The notes below the pieces were generated by a model. That model was not told the origin of the DNA and did not search any database. It worked only from the letters and a program-made list of their open reading frames with translations. The position numbers were made by a program, and so were the translations under genes. A DNA stretch of 58,820 bases from Parcubacteria group bacterium GW2011_GWB1_40_14. GTDB taxonomy: Bacteria; Patescibacteriota; Minisyncoccia; Terrybacterales; GWB1-40-14. Shown piece after piece: positions 54,087-58,820 of this stretch. The DNA lies in contig LBYG01000002.1 of NCBI GenBank assembly GCA_000996085.1, positions 1 to 58,820 of the forward strand. The letters are read 5' to 3'. Every line of letters starts with the position of its first letter. Position 1 is the stretch's first letter.

Positions 54087-55493
54087 TTAAAAAGATAACA
54101 ATCCGCTTATTTTTGGGATAGAAAATAAGAACAATCCTTGACTGTTAAGCGCGATAATTTCTCTGTTACTTTTAGTTTCTTGGACTTTAATATAATTATT
54201 CAATAATAATCCGCCGTTTCGTTTCACTTCATTATTTAATTCTATTATTTGCAGAGAAGCGTCATACTCAAATAATAAATGTTCGTTTTGGGGATGCCAC
54301 CAAGAATTGGAAATGCGGCCGCTTAATCTGGTAATTAATTCTAGTGTTTTGGCTTCCCGTTTGGGCGCAAAAGTTTCTTTTATAAAATATACATATATTT
54401 CATTTGGGGAAATAAGCATTAATTTTTCACTATCGGGAGAGAATTGCGCGGACAATACATTTTGAGCTATATGGTCAAAAGATTGAGTTTGTGGGTTGAA
54501 TATCCATAGAGTTTCTGCGTCTATTTCACGTATCGCGAAGGAGTCTTCCGAATTGTCCGTTATTAGTTCTATATTGCCGTCCGTCTCTAGGGATAAAGAA
54601 GATTTAGATATTTGTCTCAGACCGGAACCATCTGGCTTTATTCTCCAAAGAATATATTGTTGATCAATGAAATAAACATTGTCTTGGCTTATCGCAAATG
54701 TTTTAATTTTGCGGACCAATTCACGTGTTTTGGTTGAGGCATCTGTTTTATTTGTAAGCTCCACGCTTATTAATGTGGAGAGATTATCAATATTTTTGTT
54801 GATGGTGCCGATTATAAATTTTTCATTATCGATCAAGATCTTAGGATTATTCAGTGTCGGAATATTAATGCCCGAAGTGGGCTGCTCTTCGTTCATATTC
54901 ATAAATACTACAAGGTTGTTGCTTTGCGGCGTTTGTTTGGTTAGAACAATACTATTATCACCGGACCAAGCAAAGGGGAGAATTAAAAGTTTGTTCTCTA
55001 TCATTTTTCCTTTTTGGCGATTCCATAGGTTAATTTTTTTATCTTTTTGCTGTATAGCTATAATATTTCCGTCTGGGGAAGCAAAAAAATCTGTTATTCC
55101 ACCGAATTGTTCGCTAAATAAAAGATAGTTCGTTTTTATTTCTTTGGGCAGAAGAAGTATGTTTAGGAAGCGGTTTGTTTGCTGCGGTTCTACGCGCATT
55201 TCTTTTTCCCAGAATAAAAAACCGTCCTTTTCAATTCGTATTTTTTTAATACCCGGTAAAATATTGTTTATGAGTACGCTTGAGGATATAGGCGAGGTTG
55301 TTTTTTGGAGTTCGTTATTAATAAATATTTTAGCTTCGCGTACGTTCATGTTTAAAAAAATAGCTCCGGTCTGGACCAGCTTTTTTTCAGAAAAAGAAAA
55401 GCGCCATCCATTCGCATATAGCACCATTGTCGAGGCTGCTATTGTAAAAATGAAGATGAATACGCCAAGTAGTATAAATCTTATACGGGACAT
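54087..55493 (-). CDS. Membrane-anchored PEGA-domain / beta-propeller protein
   Basis: N-terminal TM, YANGWRF...TGAI...PG...IEKDGF..WEK (PEGA-like), SPD repeats. Confidence 0.7.
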   Translation of the reverse strand: MSRIRFILLGVFIFIFTIAASTMVLYANGWRFSFSEKKLVQTGAIFLNMNVREAKIFINNELQKTTSPISSSVLINNILPGIKKIRIEKDGFLFWEKEMRVEPQQTNRFLNILLLPKEIKTNYLLFSEQFGGITDFFASPDGNIIAIQQKDKKINLWNRQKGKMIENKLLILPFAWSGDNSIVLTKQTPQSNNLVVFMNMNEEQPTSGINIPTLNNPKILIDNEKFIIGTINKNIDNLSTLISVELTNKTDASTKTRELVRKIKTFAISQDNVYFIDQQYILWRIKPDGSGLRQISKSSLSLETDGNIELITDNSEDSFAIREIDAETLWIFNPQTQSFDHIAQNVLSAQFSPDSEKLMLISPNEIYVYFIKETFAPKREAKTLELITRLSGRISNSWWHPQNEHLLFEYDASLQIIELNNEVKRNGGLLLNNYIKVQETKSNREIIALNSQGLFLFSIPKISGLLSF

Positions 55494-55655
55494 GTTTTTA
55501 ATTATATCTTGTTAATAGCTTTTTAAGCCAGTATTAAATGTATCTTAGTAACCTTTAGCGCGCTGATTCTATTTTTGTATCATATGGCTTAACTTGTCAA
55601 AAACCCTTAATTAAGTTATCATTTTTGATGTTAAGTCAACTTAAAATATTAATGC

Positions 55656-56924
55656 ATGGCAGGACGTTTTATCATAAAAGGCGGGAAACCTCTAAATGGG
55701 GATATTTCTGTTTGGGGTTCTAAAAATTCAGCAACTAAATTAATAGCTGCCTGTCTTCTTACAGCGGAAACTTGTTATATTGAAAATGTTCCCAAAATAG
55801 CAGATGTTCTGACAATGATAAAGATTTTGGAAGAATTAGGCGCTGAAGTAAAATGGACTTCGGAACGTTCACTTGAAATTACTGCAGCCAATATTGACCC
55901 GTCAAAATTAAATAAAGAATTGGTCGGACATCTGCGTTCGTCTATTGTTTTATTGGGTCCTCTTTTTGCACGATTTGGAGAGGTTAAATCTACTTATCCG
56001 GGCGGTGACAGGATAGGGGCGCGACCCATAACCACGCATTTAAATGTTTTCCGGGCATTCGGTGCGGAAATTACCGAGGAATCGGACGGTATAACTATTA
56101 AAAAAGTTAAAGAGCCCGGGAACACAAAAATAGTTTTGCGGGAATTATCTGTTACGGCTACTGAAAATGCGTTGATGGCTGCCAGCGGCAATCTGGAAGA
56201 AACAAAAATTCATATTGCTGCCGCGGAACCAAGCGTTCAAGACCTTATTTCTTTTTTGAGAAGTATGGGAGTTCAAATTTCCGGCGAAGGCACGCATACG
56301 CTTGTTGTCCGAGGAAAGAAAGATCTTGGAGGCGGACGGTTAAAAGTAAGCCCGGATTATCTGGATGCTGCGACTTTTGTTATTGCCGCAGTAGCAACCA
56401 AAGGAAATGTCCGTATTTACGATGCGCAACCCGAACATCTTTTGTTGGTTTTTGAAAAATTAAAAGAAATGGGCGCAAATATATCTATAGAAAACGAGGT
56501 TATAGAAATTCATCCCACTTCGGCGCCACTGCGCGCTTTAAATATACAGGCTATGGTTTATCCCGGTATCCCTACCGATTTACAATCTATTTTCGGGGTG
56601 CTAGCTACACAGAATATAGGTACCACCTTGATTCATGACCCGCTTTTTGAAGGTCGATTTCGTTATATTGAAGAATTAAATCGTATGGGTGCTAATGCCT
56701 TTGTTATAGATCCGCACCGTGCTTTAATTAATGGGCCAACAGCTTTAATTGGCGTACCGATAAATAGCCTTGATATAAGAAGCGGGGCCGCATTGGTAAT
56801 AGCCGGATTGGTTGCAAATGGCGAAACTTTGATTAATGATACTTATCAGGTGGACAGAGGATATGAAAGAATGGATGAAAGATTAAAATCTTTAGGCGCA
56901 GATATAGAAAGAATAAAAGAATAA
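55656..56924 (+). CDS. murA: UDP-N-acetylglucosamine 1-carboxyvinyltransferase (Asp at the active-site Cys position)
   Basis: GSKNSA, LRSSI, PGGDRIGARP, SVTATEN, YPGIPTDLQ, DIRSGA, DRGYE. Confidence 0.95.
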   Translation: MAGRFIIKGGKPLNGDISVWGSKNSATKLIAACLLTAETCYIENVPKIADVLTMIKILEELGAEVKWTSERSLEITAANIDPSKLNKELVGHLRSSIVLLGPLFARFGEVKSTYPGGDRIGARPITTHLNVFRAFGAEITEESDGITIKKVKEPGNTKIVLRELSVTATENALMAASGNLEETKIHIAAAEPSVQDLISFLRSMGVQISGEGTHTLVVRGKKDLGGGRLKVSPDYLDAATFVIAAVATKGNVRIYDAQPEHLLLVFEKLKEMGANISIENEVIEIHPTSAPLRALNIQAMVYPGIPTDLQSIFGVLATQNIGTTLIHDPLFEGRFRYIEELNRMGANAFVIDPHRALINGPTALIGVPINSLDIRSGAALVIAGLVANGETLINDTYQVDRGYERMDERLKSLGADIERIKE

Positions 56925-56943
56925 CAATCAAGTTTAAAATTTT

Positions 56944-57998
56944 ATGTTTATTAAGAAAATAGGAATAGACCTCGGAACAACCAATTCGTTAGTATTTGTC
57001 CCCGGACGCGGGATCATTTTGAATGAACCTACGGTGGTTGCTATCTCCACATCAGATAATACTGTTTTGGCTGTTGGCGCTGAGGCAAAAGATATGATCG
57101 GTCGCACTCCAGATACTATAGTTGCTCATCGTCCTATGAAAGACGGAGTGATTTCGGATTATCGTATCACGGCAGCCATGCTTAGATATTTTATAGGTAA
57201 GGCAACGGGCTCTTTTAGGATTTTGAGACCGGACGTAATGGTTTCAGTTCCTGCCGGTTTAGGATTTTGAGACCGGACGTAATGGTTTCAGTTCCTGCCG
57301 GTATTACCTCTACAGAACGTCGAGCAGTTACCGAAGCTGCGGTACATGCCGGAGCCAAAGGAGCCTATGTCGTTAAAGAGCCCATATTGGCTGCTATAGG
57401 GGCTGGTTTGCCTATTAATTCAGCATCTGGAAATATGATCGTAAATATCGGTGGCGGTACAAGTGAAGTGGCGGTCATAGCATTGGGAGGAATAGTTAGT
57501 TGGGCTTCGGTTCGTGTTGCGGGAAATAAGATCGATCATGCCATAACCGACTATATTAAGAAAAAACATAATTTGGCTATAGGTGAGCGTACCGCCGAGT
57601 ATATTAAAGTAACCATAGGCAGCGCAGTATCTGAGAAAGGAAAAGAAGATAGTATGGAGATCCGTGGTCGGGATTTATTAAACGGTTTGCCTCGTACTAT
57701 AGTGATCAAATCAAGTGAAATTACTGATGCGATAGCCGAAACCCTTCGTGAAATAATTCAAGCAGTTAAAGCTGTTTTACGGGAAACTCCTCCTGAATTA
57801 GCCGCAGATATAATAGAACGCGGCATGACTATTTCAGGCGGCACTGCGCTTTTACGTAATTTAGACCAGCTAATAACCTCATCTACAGGCGTTCAGGCTA
57901 TAGTTGCAGAAGAGCCGCTGCTTTGTGTCGCAAAAGGAACGGGTGTTGCCCTGGAAAACTTAGATGTTTATAAAAAGAGTATAATTACCAGAAAATAG
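56944..57998 (+). pseudogene. mreB: Rod-shape protein MreB/Mbl, frameshifted by a 44-bp tandem duplication (likely assembly artefact)
   Basis: [25 protein letters not shown] in ORF 1; VP.GITSTERRAV, NIGGGTSEVA in ORF 2; exact duplication 57215-57258 and 57259-57302. Confidence 0.9.
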
Positions 57999-58004
57999 TT
58001 CATC

Positions 58005-58820
58005 ATGACTATTGGTATTCATGCCGAAGCTGATTTGCTTGCCCAGCGTACAGGTGTGAGCGATATTTTTAGTAAAAAAGAATTAAAATGGCCCATGGTA
58101 TGGACACAGATCAGGTTGGCCTTTGAGTGTTTAATATATCCTCCGGATATTCTATTTGTTCCGGCGCAAATCCCGCCGTTTTTTTCTAACGTCAAAACGG
58201 TTATTACCGTTCACGGGTTGGAATTTTTGCGATATCCGGCTAAGTACCCTTTGTTCAAAAGAAAGTATCTTTATTGGGGAACTAAAATTGCCTGTAAAAG
58301 AGCAGCTGCAATAATTGCCGTATCTGAATCAACAAAAAAAGACTTGATGCATTATCTTGATGTGCCAGAAAATAAGATTACAGTTATTTATCATGGTTTT
58401 TCTGGGTCTTCGAACGATATAGCGGTTAAATCTATTTTTGAGTGGCCATATTTTATTTATATAGGCAGGGTTGAAACCAAAAAAAATATAGACGGATTAA
58501 TAAAAAGCTTTACTCTTTTTAAAGCAAAGACCGGATATGCGCATAAATTAGTTTTGGCCGGCAAACGAGGTTTCGGTTTTGAGAAAATATCGTCAATTGT
58601 TGCTAAATCGGAATATAAAGACGATATAATTTTTACGGGCTATGTAGACGAAAAAACCAAATTTGATCTTTTAAAACATGCTGCGGCTTTAGTATTTCCT
58701 TCATGGTATGAAGGTTTCGGATTTCCTATTTTAGAAGCGCAAAGTACGGGGACCGCAGTAATTACCAGCGATGTTTCCAGTATGGGTGAAGTTTCCGGAG
58801 ATGGTGCTATACTGATTAAT
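58005..58820 (+). CDS. GT4 family glycosyltransferase, running off the window end
   Basis: Own translation: MTIGIHAE...RTGV...TVITVHGLEF...IIAVSESTKKDL...YIGRVETKKN...FPSWYEGFGFPILEAQ. Confidence 0.88.
   Translation, partial: MTIGIHAEADLLAQRTGVSDIFSKKELKWPMVWTQIRLAFECLIYPPDILFVPAQIPPFFSNVKTVITVHGLEFLRYPAKYPLFKRKYLYWGTKIACKRAAAIIAVSESTKKDLMHYLDVPENKITVIYHGFSGSSNDIAVKSIFEWPYFIYIGRVETKKNIDGLIKSFTLFKAKTGYAHKLVLAGKRGFGFEKISSIVAKSEYKDDIIFTGYVDEKTKFDLLKHAAALVFPSWYEGFGFPILEAQSTGTAVITSDVSSMGEVSGDGAILIN

Overview
This is a moderately low-GC bacterial chromosome segment. Its gene content and order point to a CPR/Patescibacteria (Parcubacteria-like) genome, probably a metagenome assembly; this is inference. 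It contains: (i) a cluster of secreted/surface proteins, including a PQQ-type sugar dehydrogenase, a lysyl-oxidase-domain protein and a 1975-aa FN3/PKD protein that share a ~55-aa repeat; (ii) housekeeping genes secDF, rplU, recR, dnaB, cysS, corA, the CIRCE-hrcA-grpE-dnaK-orf-dnaJ operon, mnmA, alaS, infA-rpmJ-rpsMKD-rpoA-rplQ-rplM-rpsI, murA and mreB; (iii) a ~7.5-kb large-serine-recombinase island at tRNA-Lys(UUU). The most striking signal is non-coding. Many gene junctions carry fold-back elements of several families: 128-138-bp terminal-inverted-repeat elements inserted exactly at TATG start codons (3 copies); a second 123-141-bp TIR family sitting at -35 boxes and gene ends (4 copies); a covarying hairpin that buries the start codon of dnaB, grpE and dnaK; 155-217-nt hairpin structures; and REP-like mini-palindromes inserted in frame into cysS and mnmA. 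Several broken genes (M23 peptidase, rpsI tail, mreB, a GT4) may be assembly errors.
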